DNA of 64,000 nt from Lachnospiraceae bacterium (lineage in GTDB: Bacteria > Bacillota > Clostridia > Lachnospirales > Lachnospiraceae): NCBI GenBank assembly GCA_017437065.1, contig JAFSBX010000076.1, forward strand, positions 88,466-152,465, read 5' to 3'. This document shows positions 10,073 to 20,421 of this stretch, piece after piece (positions within the stretch are counted from its first letter, which is position 1; each line of letters begins with the position of its first letter). Below the pieces are notes generated by a model. It had not been told where the DNA came from and did no database searches. It was given only the letters and a program-made list of their open reading frames with translations. Position numbers and translations under genes: made by a program.

Positions 10073-10108
10073 CCTCTTAAAAATAAAAGAAAAGGGGAGG
10101 TGAACTTC

Positions 10109-11089
10109 GTGGGTGAGGTATTATCTCAAAGTGAGATAGACAATTTGCTGGCGGCGTTAAGTACCGGTGAATTGGATATGGACCAAATGCAGGAGTCCAA
10201 CGAGAAGCAGGTTAAAAATTATGACTTCAAGCGTCCGGCTAAGTTTTCAAAAGAACACCTGCGTACACTCGAGATTATTTTTGAACATTATGGAAGACTG
10301 CTATCCACGAACTTGCCAGTTTATTTAAGGAAAAATATTCAGGTAAATGTAGCCAGTTCGGAAGCGGCAACTTATTCAGAATTTACAAATTCATTATCAA
10401 ATCCGGTTATATTAGGAGTTGTTAATTTTCAGCCGCTTGGTGGAAATATTATTATAGAATTGGCAACAAATTTAGGTTTTGCGATGATAGACCGCATGCT
10501 TGGAGGTTCGGGTGTTCCACTTGAAAAAAACAGGGATTTTTCAGAAATAGAGCTTACAATTATAGAGAAAATTATGGTTGTATGTATGCAGGTTATGCGT
10601 GATCCTTGGAAAAATGTAGTGGATATCAATCCTGTTATGGAAAGGATTGAGACAAATCCGCAGTTTGCTCAGGTAATTGCTCCAAGTGATATGATTGCGA
10701 TTGTAACACTTAACGTAAAGATTGGTGACGTTGAAGGGTTCATGAATATATGTCTTCCATATTTTACATTGGAAGATGTTATGGATAAATTGAATACAAA
10801 GTACTGGTTCTCGACAATGCAGGAGAATGATGATGAAAATTATGAGGAATATATAGAGGCCATGATAAAGAGGGTTGAAGTTCCGGTAAAAGCAGTACTT
10901 GGACGAAGCAGTTTGTCCGTGAATGACTTTATCAATCTACAGGTTGGTGATATAATAAGATTAGATTCCAGAATAGATGAAGAATTGAAAATCTATGTTG
11001 GAAATATTAAAAAATTTACCGCATTGCCGGGTTCTAATAAAGATAAATATGCGACCCGTATTACGTCGGTAATAAGAGAGGGGGAGTAA
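10109..11089 (+). CDS. fliM: Flagellar motor switch protein FliM
   Basis: The N-terminal CheY-P binding peptide GEVLSQSEIDNLL is present, with a FliM middle domain and a C-terminal SpoA-like domain. GTG 10109 lies 8 nt after GGGGAGG. Confidence 0.9.
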   Translation: MGEVLSQSEIDNLLAALSTGELDMDQMQESNEKQVKNYDFKRPAKFSKEHLRTLEIIFEHYGRLLSTNLPVYLRKNIQVNVASSEAATYSEFTNSLSNPVILGVVNFQPLGGNIIIELATNLGFAMIDRMLGGSGVPLEKNRDFSEIELTIIEKIMVVCMQVMRDPWKNVVDINPVMERIETNPQFAQVIAPSDMIAIVTLNVKIGDVEGFMNICLPYFTLEDVMDKLNTKYWFSTMQENDDENYEEYIEAMIKRVEVPVKAVLGRSSLSVNDFINLQVGDIIRLDSRIDEELKIYVGNIKKFTALPGSNKDKYATRITSVIREGE

Positions 11090-11093
11090 AAAC

Positions 11094-12365
11094 ATGGACG
11101 GAATGTTATCCCAAGAAGAGATTAACGCACTTCTGAATGGTATGGGTTCAGAAAGTGCTGAAGATAATAAACAGGATGATGATACAGTTACAGTAGGAAC
11201 ACGTAAAAAACCGGAAATAATTGCACCGGAGATAGACGAAAGCCTGCTTAGTGCTGATGAAAGAGATGCTATAGGTGAAGTTGCTAATATCAGTATGGGT
11301 TCTTCGGCGACTACATTATATTCTTTAGTTAGTCGAAAAGTTAATATTACAACTCCGGTAGTTACATTGGCGAACTGGAAGACTGTTGTCGATGATTATG
11401 AAAAACCGTGTGTGTTTATTCAAATCAGATATACATTGGGATTAGATGGAACAAATATTTTAGTATTAAAGGAACATGATGTAAAAGTTATTACTGATCT
11501 TATGATGGGTGGTGACGGTACAAACACAGATGGAGAATTAGGTGAATTGCACTTAAGTGCGATTTCAGAAGCAATGAATCAGATGATGGGTGCTTCTGCA
11601 ACATCTCTTTCAACAATGCTTGGTAAGATGATTGATATTAGTCCGCCAGAGGCAACATTGGTTGACTTAATGGAATTTTCATCAGGAGAAGACATTTCGT
11701 CATTTCTTAGTGGAACATTTGCAAAAATTTCCTTTAGAATGCAGATTGGCGATGACTTAGTTGATAGTACAATTATGCAGTTGTATCCTATCGATTTTGC
11801 GAAGTCTCTTTATGATACATTTATTGGTGCAACTCAGGAAGCAGTGGCAGAAGTTACACCGGAACCACCTGTTGCGACACCGGCACCGGCACCTGTCGCA
11901 CCAACACCGACACCTGTACAGCCTGCACCGGTACCTCAGCAGGCGGAGAATATGGGAGCTGTTCCGCAGATGGGAGTTCCACAGATGGGAGCACCAATGG
12001 GAATGCCAATGATGAATATGGGTCAAATGGGTATGCCGATGATGATGGGCGCCGTACCGCAAATGCAGAATATGAATATTCAACCGGCACAGTTCCAAAA
12101 CTTTTCAAACGATTTCAATCCATTACAGGGTCAGGAGAATATGAATTTGATTATGGATGTTCCGCTTGAAGTTACAGTTGAACTTGGTAGAACGCATAAA
12201 AATATTTCTGATATTTTGGATTTTGCACCGGGAACTATTATTGAACTTGATAAGATTGCAGGAGAACCGATTGATGTACTTGTAAATGGTAAGTTTGTTG
12301 CAAAAGGCGAAGTAGTAGTTATTGAAGAGAGTTTTGGTATAAGGGTAACAGAAATTATAAAATAA
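11094..12365 (+). CDS. fliY: Flagellar switch protein FliY (CheC-like phosphatase domain fused to FliN/SpoA domain)
   Basis: The N-terminal LSQEEINALL peptide is present. Both CheC-type sites D/S-x3-E-x2-N-x22-P are present (DAIGEVAN...22...P and SAISEAMN...22...P). The C-terminal FliN block is LEVTVELGRTHKNISDILDFAPGTIIELDK. Confidence 0.88.
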   Translation: MDGMLSQEEINALLNGMGSESAEDNKQDDDTVTVGTRKKPEIIAPEIDESLLSADERDAIGEVANISMGSSATTLYSLVSRKVNITTPVVTLANWKTVVDDYEKPCVFIQIRYTLGLDGTNILVLKEHDVKVITDLMMGGDGTNTDGELGELHLSAISEAMNQMMGASATSLSTMLGKMIDISPPEATLVDLMEFSSGEDISSFLSGTFAKISFRMQIGDDLVDSTIMQLYPIDFAKSLYDTFIGATQEAVAEVTPEPPVATPAPAPVAPTPTPVQPAPVPQQAENMGAVPQMGVPQMGAPMGMPMMNMGQMGMPMMMGAVPQMQNMNIQPAQFQNFSNDFNPLQGQENMNLIMDVPLEVTVELGRTHKNISDILDFAPGTIIELDKIAGEPIDVLVNGKFVAKGEVVVIEESFGIRVTEIIK

Positions 12366-12387
12366 AAGAAAATAGGAGTGATTGAAT

Positions 12388-12750
12388 ATGGCTAAAAATA
12401 TTTTGATTTGTGATGATGCAGCTTTTATGAGAATGATGATTAAAGATATTTTAACAAAGAACGGATATAACGTTGCAGGAGAAGCAGAAAATGGTGCAAA
12501 GGCAGTTGAAAAATACAATGAGCTTAAACCGGATTTAGTGCTTATGGATATTACAATGCCTGAAATGGATGGTATTCAGGCACTTAAGAAAATTAAAGAA
12601 AATGATCCGTCTGCATTAGTTATTATGTGTTCTGCGATGGGACAGCAGGCGATGGTTATCGAGTCCATTCAGGCAGGAGCAAAAGACTTTATTGTTAAAC
12701 CATTCCAAGCGGATCGTGTATTAGAAGCCGTGCAGAAGGTTGTTGGATAA
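12388..12750 (+). CDS. cheY: Chemotaxis response regulator CheY
   Basis: A 120-aa stand-alone receiver with DDAAFMR, DITMPEMDG and KPF motifs. ATG lies 6 nt after AGGAGTG. Confidence 0.9.
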   Translation: MAKNILICDDAAFMRMMIKDILTKNGYNVAGEAENGAKAVEKYNELKPDLVLMDITMPEMDGIQALKKIKENDPSALVIMCSAMGQQAMVIESIQAGAKDFIVKPFQADRVLEAVQKVVG

Positions 12751-12751
12751 A

Positions 12752-13138
12752 ATGGTACTTACCAATACCGGTGGTGTTGATTCAATAGCCCAGTTTTTGA
12801 CAGTAGTATTTATATTTGTGTTTGTACTTGCGGTTACATATGTTACGACGAAATGGATTGCAAATTATCAAAAAGTAAAAAATATAAATAAGAATATTGA
12901 AGTTATAGAAGTATCAAAAATTACGGCAAATAAGTATATCGAGATTGTCAAATGCGGTGAAAAGTATTTGGCAATTGCGGTGTGCAAAGATACAGTAACT
13001 ATGCTTTGTGAGTTATCTGAGGAGCAACTGTCTTTGGAGGAAATTTCAGCAAAGAGTACCGGCTTTAAAGATTTACTTGAAAAAGCGAAAACTGTAGATA
13101 TTCTGGAAAAAGCAAAAGACCTGAAAAATAATAAATAG
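12752..13138 (+). CDS. fliO: Flagellar biosynthesis protein FliO/FliZ
   Basis: Small single-TM protein (FLTVVFIFVFVLAVTYV) immediately upstream of fliP. The start is uncertain (TTG 12740 or ATG 12752). Confidence 0.6.
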   Translation: MVLTNTGGVDSIAQFLTVVFIFVFVLAVTYVTTKWIANYQKVKNINKNIEVIEVSKITANKYIEIVKCGEKYLAIAVCKDTVTMLCELSEEQLSLEEISAKSTGFKDLLEKAKTVDILEKAKDLKNNK

Positions 13139-13152
13139 GCGGTTGAGGACTT

Positions 13153-14022
13153 ATGAAGAAATTTTTTTCCGGAAAACAAATTGTGAAAATAGTATGCCTG
13201 CTGCTTGCAGTAGGCATATTGTGTATCAGTGATTCTAAAATTGCTTATGCATCAAGCTATGATTCCAATTTAACCGGCGAGACAGATAACAGAACTTATA
13301 TTAATGAAGCAGGTTCTGCGGATTCTGCCGATGAATTAAACGAACTGAATATTGCAAATACAGTGACTGTTACATATAACGATGGAAATGGGCAGGTAAA
13401 TGGTACACTTCGTATATTAATTACGTTAACATTAATTGCGTTGGCACCTACATTAATTATCATGCTGACTTCCTTTACAAGGATTATTATTGTTCTTCAT
13501 TTTACGAGGGCAGCACTGAATACACAGACTGCGCCACCTAATCAAGTTTTGATTGGGTTAGCTTTGTTTTTGACCTTTTTCATTATGAGTCCTGTACTTA
13601 CAGAGATTAATACGAATGCGATAGTGCCTTTTGAAGCGGGACAAATTTCGCAGGAAGAGGCCTTTGATAATGCCTTAGACCCTATACGGGACTTTATGTA
13701 TCGTCAAACAGATATAAAGGACGTAAGGTTGTTTTTGGAAATAGATGGAACGGAATGGAATGGTGAGAATTTAGATGAAATTCCAATGCGTGTATTGATT
13801 CCAGCGTTTATTATAGGTGAATTGAGAACAGCATTTATTATTGGATTTGTTATTTACATTCCGTTTATTGTAATTGATATGGTTGTGGCATCAACACTTA
13901 TGGGTATGGGTATGATGATGTTGCCGCCGACAACGATTTCGTTGCCGTTCAAAATTTTATTATTTGTTCTGGCAGATGGATGGAATCTTGTAATCGGTAA
14001 TTTGGTTAAAACGTTCTACTGA
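13153..14022 (+). CDS. fliP: Flagellar export apparatus protein FliP
   Basis: Conserved FliP core (LTLIALAPTLIIMLTSFTRIIIVL...PNQVLIGLALFLTFFIMSPV...MMMLPPTTISLPFKILLFVL). It has a signal peptide plus an N-terminal extension of about 60 aa. Confidence 0.92.
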   Translation: MKKFFSGKQIVKIVCLLLAVGILCISDSKIAYASSYDSNLTGETDNRTYINEAGSADSADELNELNIANTVTVTYNDGNGQVNGTLRILITLTLIALAPTLIIMLTSFTRIIIVLHFTRAALNTQTAPPNQVLIGLALFLTFFIMSPVLTEINTNAIVPFEAGQISQEEAFDNALDPIRDFMYRQTDIKDVRLFLEIDGTEWNGENLDEIPMRVLIPAFIIGELRTAFIIGFVIYIPFIVIDMVVASTLMGMGMMMLPPTTISLPFKILLFVLADGWNLVIGNLVKTFY

Positions 14023-14038
14023 CAGGGAGTGAAATAAT

Positions 14039-14308
14039 ATGACAATTGATGACGTAACTGCCATGATGGGTGATGCATTATTTGTGGTGATTAAAGTAGC
14101 AGCACCAATATTGCTGGTGTCTTTAGTGATAGGTCTGGTTATCAGTATTTTCCAGACGGTTACTTCCATTCAGGAGCAGACACTTACATTTGTACCTAAG
14201 ATTATTTGTGTTTTTGTTGGACTTATGATTTTGGGGAATTGGATGTTAAGTAGTTTGGTGGAATACATGGTTGAGCTTTGGTCTAATTTCAGTCTTTATA
14301 TAAGGTAG
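14039..14308 (+). CDS. fliQ: Flagellar export apparatus protein FliQ
   Basis: 89 aa, two TM, FliQ-like (VSLVIGLVISIFQTVTSIQEQTLTFVPK). Confidence 0.88.
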   Translation: MTIDDVTAMMGDALFVVIKVAAPILLVSLVIGLVISIFQTVTSIQEQTLTFVPKIICVFVGLMILGNWMLSSLVEYMVELWSNFSLYIR

Positions 14309-14314
14309 CATAAT

Positions 14315-15097
14315 ATGATTGATTATTCGTTTTCCATAGCAGAATTAGAATATTTCCTGTTGGTTTTTACAAGAATTACCTGTTTTATGTTTGTTGCACC
14401 GTTCTACAGTATGAGTAATACTCCAAACAGAGTGAAAATTGGATTTGGATTCTTTGTTTCCATGATTGTTTATCTTATGTTAAACCCACATGAAACAATA
14501 TCATATCATTCGGTGGAAGGATATGCAGTAATTGTACTAAAAGAGGCAGTAACCGGTTTTTTAATAGGGTTTGCTGCTAATATCTGTATGCTGATAACAT
14601 CTTTTGCGGGGCATATAGTAGATATGGATATCGGACTTGCCATGGCAATGGTATTTGATCCTACTACAAAACAGCAGACGAGTCTTACAGGGGCTTTGTA
14701 TCAGTATGTGTTTATGTTGATGTTAATTGTAAGTGGTATGCATCGTTTTATTTTGCAGGCATTGATTGATACATATGAATTGATACCGGTAAATGGAGCG
14801 GTATTTCGCGAAGATGCTTTGCTTGCAGCAATGATGCAGTTTATGTCTGACTATATAATAATCGGTTTTCGGATTTGTATGCCGATTTTTATAGTAATAT
14901 TAATTTTAAATGTAGTACTTGGAGTACTTGCGAAAGTATCACCACAGTTAAATATGTTTTCTGTAGGTATTCAGATTAAAATATTGGTTGGGTTTGCCGT
15001 AATCTTTTTAACAGCAGGCATGTTACCAAGTGCAGCTGATTTTATATTTACAGAAATGAAAAGAATGATGGTTGCTTTTGTGGAGGGCATGATGTGA
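14315..15097 (+). CDS. fliR: Flagellar export apparatus protein FliR
   Basis: 260-aa polytopic membrane protein in the fliQ-fliR-flhB order. Confidence 0.85.
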   Translation: MIDYSFSIAELEYFLLVFTRITCFMFVAPFYSMSNTPNRVKIGFGFFVSMIVYLMLNPHETISYHSVEGYAVIVLKEAVTGFLIGFAANICMLITSFAGHIVDMDIGLAMAMVFDPTTKQQTSLTGALYQYVFMLMLIVSGMHRFILQALIDTYELIPVNGAVFREDALLAAMMQFMSDYIIIGFRICMPIFIVILILNVVLGVLAKVSPQLNMFSVGIQIKILVGFAVIFLTAGMLPSAADFIFTEMKRMMVAFVEGMM

Positions 15098-16203
15098 TAC
15101 TAGAATATAATTTACAGTTCTTCGCGGAAGGAATGGGTGGAGAAAAGACGGAACCCGCTACACCCAAAAAATTGTCGGATGCCAGAAACAAAGGACAGGT
15201 TGCAAAGAGCCGTGAGGTTGCAAACGGACTGGGGATGCTTGCATTGTTTTTGGTTTTGAAATTCTGGGTTGGAAGTATGGGAACAAAGTTTTTGCATTTG
15301 TTTTCAGGGGTGTATAATAAAATTCCGGAGACGGTAAAAATGTATGGTGGACAGGTGCCGGCAAATGATATATTAATTATACTTCAAGATGCAGTAATGC
15401 GATTGATGATATTAGTTGCGCCGGTATTTTTGGTAGGTTTCCTTGTAGCATTTCTAAGTGATTATGTTCAGGTAAAGTGGAAGATTACAACAGAACCTTT
15501 GAAACCAAAGTTTAGTAAGCTTAATCCTGTGAACGGTATGAAAAGAATTTTTTCAATACAGTCTCTTGTTGAATTGATAAAATCTGTTGCAAAAATTATA
15601 CTGGTTACCTATGTGGCATATTCTTATCTGATAAATGAAAAAGAAAATATTTTTATTTTATATGATATACCGCTTATGCAGGCGATTCAGTTGTGTGGTG
15701 AACTGGTTATTGAGTTGGGAATCAGAATTTCTCTTGTATATATGATTATTGCCGTTCTTGATTTTGCATATCAAAAATATAAGTTTAATAAGGATATGAA
15801 AATGACAAAGCAGGAAGTAAAAGAGGAATATAAACAGTCGGAAGGAGATCCGCAGGTTAAGGGAAAAATCAAGCAGAAGATGAGAGAAGCATCCATGAGA
15901 AGGATGATGCAGGATTTGCCCAAAGCGGATGTTGTTATTACGAACCCGACGCATTATGCGGTGGCAATTAAGTATGATCCTGATCAATATGATGCACCAA
16001 TTGTGCTTGCAAAAGGTGAAGATTACCTTGCACAGAAAATCAAAGAAAAGGCAAGGGAAAATAATATTGAGATAGTAGAAAATAAACCGCTTGCCCGAAT
16101 GCTGTATGCAAATGTAGAAGTTGGACAGGCCATTCCGCCGGAGTTATATCAGGCAGTGGCAGAAGTACTTGCGTTTGTATATCGTTTAAAAGGAAAAGTG
16201 TAA
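15094..16203 (+). CDS. flhB: Flagellar export switch protein FlhB
   Basis: N-terminus LQFFAEG..GEKTEPATPKKLSDARNKGQVAKS and the autocleavage motif NPTH (VVITNPTHYAVAI) are present. The GTG overlaps the fliR stop. Confidence 0.92.
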   Translation: MILEYNLQFFAEGMGGEKTEPATPKKLSDARNKGQVAKSREVANGLGMLALFLVLKFWVGSMGTKFLHLFSGVYNKIPETVKMYGGQVPANDILIILQDAVMRLMILVAPVFLVGFLVAFLSDYVQVKWKITTEPLKPKFSKLNPVNGMKRIFSIQSLVELIKSVAKIILVTYVAYSYLINEKENIFILYDIPLMQAIQLCGELVIELGIRISLVYMIIAVLDFAYQKYKFNKDMKMTKQEVKEEYKQSEGDPQVKGKIKQKMREASMRRMMQDLPKADVVITNPTHYAVAIKYDPDQYDAPIVLAKGEDYLAQKIKEKARENNIEIVENKPLARMLYANVEVGQAIPPELYQAVAEVLAFVYRLKGKV

Positions 16204-16233
16204 AGATAGATATAGATTTAGGAGGAATCGAAG

Positions 16234-18267
16234 ATGAAAAAAGCAGATTTGGCGATAGCTTTATATGTACTGGCGGCTTTTGCCATGATGATTATTTCCA
16301 TTCCTTCATGGTTGTTGGATGTTTTTCTTGCAATCAATATGGGAATTGCTTTTACGGTTTTATTTGGATGTATGTTTGCGAAAGAAGTTTTGGATATGTC
16401 TTATTATCCTACGATTCTTTTGTTTACAACCATATTTCGTATTGCACTGAATATATCATCAACAAAGTTAATTCTGTTGACCGGTGAACCGGGAAACGTT
16501 GTGGCGACTTTTGGTAACTATGTTGGTGGCGGTAATTTAGTTATTGGTTGTATTGTATTTATTATTTTGATTATAATTCAGTTTATGGTTATCAATAAAG
16601 GTTCCGAGCGTGTGGCAGAGGTAACAGCAAGATTTACATTGGATGCTATGCCGGGTAAACAGATGGCGATTGATGCGGATTTAAATACCGGAGCAATTAC
16701 GGATTCCGAAGCCAAAATTCGTCGTGATAAAATACAACAGGAATCTTCTTTCTTCGGTTCTATGGATGGTGCCGTAAAGTATGTTAAGGGAGATGCGACT
16801 GCAGGTCTTATTATTACTGCTGTTAATATTGTCGGCGGTATTGCCATGGGTGTTCTGGATCAGGGGCTTGAAATAAGTGCAGCACTTGAAAAGTATACGA
16901 TTTTGACAATCGGTGATGGTCTTGTAAGCCAGATTCCGTCTCTGTTAATTTCTTTGTCAACAGGTATTCTGGTAACAAAAGGTTCCAAAGATGCAGATTT
17001 TGGTACTGTATTGATTGGTCAGCTTTTCGGTATTCCGAAAGCATTGTATTTAGTAGGTATAACTTTGATGGTGTTGGGGCTTGTGACACCGTTAAATACA
17101 ATTCTGTTTGTAGGTTTGGGTGTTGTATTTATTGTTGCCGGAAGAAGCGTAGAAGGTACAATAGAGACAGCAAGTATAGAGTCAGAAGTGGATATGGATG
17201 AAGTGGCTGCAGATGAAATCAGACAACCGGAAAATGTCACGAGTCTTTTACAGGTTGATCCGATTGAACTGGAATTCGGTTATGGTATTATCCCACTTGC
17301 TGATGCTAATCAGGGCGGCGATCTATTAGACCGTGTTGTTATGATTAGAAGACAGATTGCGTTAGAACTGGGTACGGTTGTGCCGATTATCCGTTTGCGG
17401 GATAATATTCAGTTAAATCCAAACCAGTATATTATTAAAATTAAGGGAATTCAGGTCAGCGAAGGTGAAATATTATTTGATCACTATATGGCAATGAATC
17501 CGGGGTATGTAGAGGAGGAAATTTCCGGTATTCCTACATTTGAACCTTCTTTCCATCTTCCGGCTATATGGATTACGGAAAGTCAGAGAGAAAGAGCGGA
17601 AAGTTTTGGTTATACTGTAGTAGACCCACCTTCTATTATTGCTACGCATTTAACGGAAATTATCAGACAGTATATTGCTGAACTTTTAACAAGACAGGAT
17701 GTACATCAGCTTGTAAATAATTTGAAAGAAAGCAATCCTTCTCTGATAGAAGAATTGACCCCGAAGCTGTTAGGACTTGGTGAAATCCAAAAAGTACTTC
17801 AAAATCTTTTAAAGGAAGGTATTTCCATCAGGGATTTATTGACTATTTTTGAAACACTTGCGGATTATGCAGCAACTACCAGAGATACGGATATTTTAAC
17901 GGAATATGTCAGACAGAGTTTGAAAAGGGCAATTTCCGGAAAGTATTTTGGTGGAAATGATACAACCAGTGTGGTAACATTGGATCCCAAAATTGAACAG
18001 GAGATTATGGGAAGTATAAAACAGATGGAACAGGGTGCTTATTTGAATTTGGATCCGGAGAGAACGAAAGCAATTATGGCGTCAGTAGGAAGTGAGGTTC
18101 AAAAATTGGAGAATCTCGGAAAGAATCCAATCATAATAACGTCTCCGATTGTAAGAATGTACTTTAAACGGTTGACGGAAGATTATTTTAAAGATTTGAT
18201 TGTCGTTTCTTATAATGAAATCGAGTCAAATGTGGAATTACAATCTGTAGGGATGGTGACAGCTTAA
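16234..18267 (+). CDS. flhA: Flagellar export gate protein FlhA
   Basis: 677 aa. Conserved FHIPEP-type region (RVAEVTARFTLDAMPGKQMAIDADL) and a large cytoplasmic C-domain. Confidence 0.95.
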   Translation: MKKADLAIALYVLAAFAMMIISIPSWLLDVFLAINMGIAFTVLFGCMFAKEVLDMSYYPTILLFTTIFRIALNISSTKLILLTGEPGNVVATFGNYVGGGNLVIGCIVFIILIIIQFMVINKGSERVAEVTARFTLDAMPGKQMAIDADLNTGAITDSEAKIRRDKIQQESSFFGSMDGAVKYVKGDATAGLIITAVNIVGGIAMGVLDQGLEISAALEKYTILTIGDGLVSQIPSLLISLSTGILVTKGSKDADFGTVLIGQLFGIPKALYLVGITLMVLGLVTPLNTILFVGLGVVFIVAGRSVEGTIETASIESEVDMDEVAADEIRQPENVTSLLQVDPIELEFGYGIIPLADANQGGDLLDRVVMIRRQIALELGTVVPIIRLRDNIQLNPNQYIIKIKGIQVSEGEILFDHYMAMNPGYVEEEISGIPTFEPSFHLPAIWITESQRERAESFGYTVVDPPSIIATHLTEIIRQYIAELLTRQDVHQLVNNLKESNPSLIEELTPKLLGLGEIQKVLQNLLKEGISIRDLLTIFETLADYAATTRDTDILTEYVRQSLKRAISGKYFGGNDTTSVVTLDPKIEQEIMGSIKQMEQGAYLNLDPERTKAIMASVGSEVQKLENLGKNPIIITSPIVRMYFKRLTEDYFKDLIVVSYNEIESNVELQSVGMVTA

Positions 18268-19523
18268 TGATTATAAAGAAATTTCTCGGCAGAACAGAAG
18301 AGGAAGCACTTGCAGAGGCAAAACGTGAGCTTGGTGAAAACGTAGTGCTGATGAACGTAAAGAATATTAAAAAAGGCGGATTTCTGGGATTTATGCAGAA
18401 ACAGATAACAGAAATTACGGTAGCATTAGAAGAGGAAAACGAGCGCAGGGCAAAAAATGCTGCCAATGAAAAAGCCATGAAAGAAGCCGTATCAGCAGTA
18501 GCGCAAGTAGCAGCGAGAACAGAAGAACCGGAGAAATTTGCAGTACAGTCTCAGGTAATACATCCGCAGGAATTAAGTGGGCATAAGAACAGACTGACAG
18601 AAACATTGGACTATATAGAGAGGAAAGATAATACTGCAATTCAGGAAAAGCTGGATAGTTTGCAGTCTTTCCTTGAATTGAAGCTACAGCCGCAGGAAGA
18701 AGATGAAATACCGGAAGAAGACAGTGAAATGATGGTATTTATGAAGCTGCTTTATAATACGATGCTGGATAATGAAGTTAAAGAAATTTATGCCAATCAG
18801 GTCATCGAAGAAGCAGATAAAGTGAATAATCCGAATATGCCTGTAGATGCGGTGCTGGCTACGGTATACCAGAAAATGATTTTGAAATTGGGAAAACCGG
18901 AGATTATTACACCGGCAGAAAAGAACCCGAAAGTTGTATTTTTTATAGGACCTACAGGTGTAGGAAAGACAACTACAATTGCTAAAATTGCTTCTAAATT
19001 TTGTCTGGAAGAAAAGAAAAAAATTGCTATGCTGACATGTGATACTTATCGTATTGCAGCGGCTGAGCAGCTTAGAACTTATGCAAGTATTTTAGAGATT
19101 CCGTTTGAAATAATTTATTCTACAGAAGAAATGAAAGATGCAGCTGTACGTTTTAAGGATTTTGATTATATTTTCGTGGATACTGCAGGGCATTCTTATC
19201 AGAATGAAGAACAGAGGGAATCTGTAAAAGCCTTTATACAGTCGGTGGATGATGTTGCGGAATCAGAAACTTATCTTGTAGTCAGTGCAACTACAAAATA
19301 TCGTGATTTGGAGAAGATAGCGGATTCTTACAATTCTGTTGCAGAGTATAAGCTGATTTTTACAAAATTGGATGAAACCAATGCATTGGGAAGTATATTT
19401 AATCTGCGGCTTCATACAGGAGCAGCATTATCTTATGTAACCAGCGGACAAAATGTTCCGAATGACATTGAAGAATTTAACCCGCAAAAGACAGTGAAAA
19501 ATCTTCTTGGAGGAAAGAACTAA
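18267..19523 (+). CDS. flhF: SRP-type GTPase FlhF
   Basis: GTPase motifs FIGPTGVGKTTTIAK, DTAG and TKLDE. It follows flhA. Confidence 0.88.
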   Translation: MIIKKFLGRTEEEALAEAKRELGENVVLMNVKNIKKGGFLGFMQKQITEITVALEEENERRAKNAANEKAMKEAVSAVAQVAARTEEPEKFAVQSQVIHPQELSGHKNRLTETLDYIERKDNTAIQEKLDSLQSFLELKLQPQEEDEIPEEDSEMMVFMKLLYNTMLDNEVKEIYANQVIEEADKVNNPNMPVDAVLATVYQKMILKLGKPEIITPAEKNPKVVFFIGPTGVGKTTTIAKIASKFCLEEKKKIAMLTCDTYRIAAAEQLRTYASILEIPFEIIYSTEEMKDAAVRFKDFDYIFVDTAGHSYQNEEQRESVKAFIQSVDDVAESETYLVVSATTKYRDLEKIADSYNSVAEYKLIFTKLDETNALGSIFNLRLHTGAALSYVTSGQNVPNDIEEFNPQKTVKNLLGGKN

Positions 19524-20416
19524 TGGATCAGGCTGAAGAGTTACGGAATATAATAAAAGCTAAAAATCAGTTAAATGCGAAGCCTGCTGCAAGAGTCATA
19601 ACAGTAACAAGCGGTAAAGGAGGAGTGGGAAAATCCAATACGGCAATTAATCTGGCTGTGCAGTTAAAAAAAGAGGGAAAAAAGGTTGTAATTTTGGACG
19701 CTGATTTTGGGCTTGCAAATATTGAAATTATGTTTGGGGCAGTGCCTAAATATAATTTGGGTGATTTGGTAAATAAGGGAAAAAGCATTCGGGAGATTAT
19801 TACATGGGGACCTATGGAGGTAGGTTTCATATCAGGTGGTTCAGGAATTTCGGGACTGGCCAATATGGATAAAAACAGTCTGAATTATATTATACAAAAT
19901 TTGACAGAGCTGGATGAGATTGCAGATGTTATTATTATAGATACAGGGGCAGGAATTGCGGATGCGGTTATGGAGTTTTTGGTAGCAAGTGGTGAAATAC
20001 TTCTTGTGACTACACCGGAACCTACATCCATTACTGATTCCTATTCTGTAATAAAGGCATTGCATATGCATCCACGTTTTTCGAAAGAAGAAAGTAAAGT
20101 CAGGGTAATAACAAACAGAGTAGAGAAAGAGGCAGACGGGGTTGGACTTTTTGAAAAGTTTAATAATGTAGTGGAAAAATATCTTGATGTTCCGATTACA
20201 TATTTGGGTGCGGTGCCTCAGGATGGTCAGCTGGTACAGGCTGTAATGCAGCAGATGCCAATTTCCATCCAGAATCCGAAAGCTAAATCAGCACAGGCTT
20301 ATGAAAGAATTGCAGCGAAGCTTTTGGATAAAGAAGAAGGGAAAACACAGGAAAGACGCGGAATGGCGGCATTTTTTTCACGTATTGTTTCAGGAAGAAA
20401 AATGGAATCGAGGTAG
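19523..20416 (+). CDS. flhG: MinD/ParA-type ATPase FlhG (YlxH)
   Basis: Deviant Walker A TSGKGGVGKS. It sits directly after flhF with ATG/stop overlap. Confidence 0.85.
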   Translation: MDQAEELRNIIKAKNQLNAKPAARVITVTSGKGGVGKSNTAINLAVQLKKEGKKVVILDADFGLANIEIMFGAVPKYNLGDLVNKGKSIREIITWGPMEVGFISGGSGISGLANMDKNSLNYIIQNLTELDEIADVIIIDTGAGIADAVMEFLVASGEILLVTTPEPTSITDSYSVIKALHMHPRFSKEESKVRVITNRVEKEADGVGLFEKFNNVVEKYLDVPITYLGAVPQDGQLVQAVMQQMPISIQNPKAKSAQAYERIAAKLLDKEEGKTQERRGMAAFFSRIVSGRKMESR

Positions 20417-20421
20417 AACCT

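Noticed and set aside
11757-12108. Three overlapping ORFs (two minus-strand, one plus-strand in another frame) inside fliY, with H/R/C-rich or P/V-rich translations
   Set aside because: They are artefacts of the Pro/Met/Gln low-complexity coding tract of FliY, which is open in several frames.
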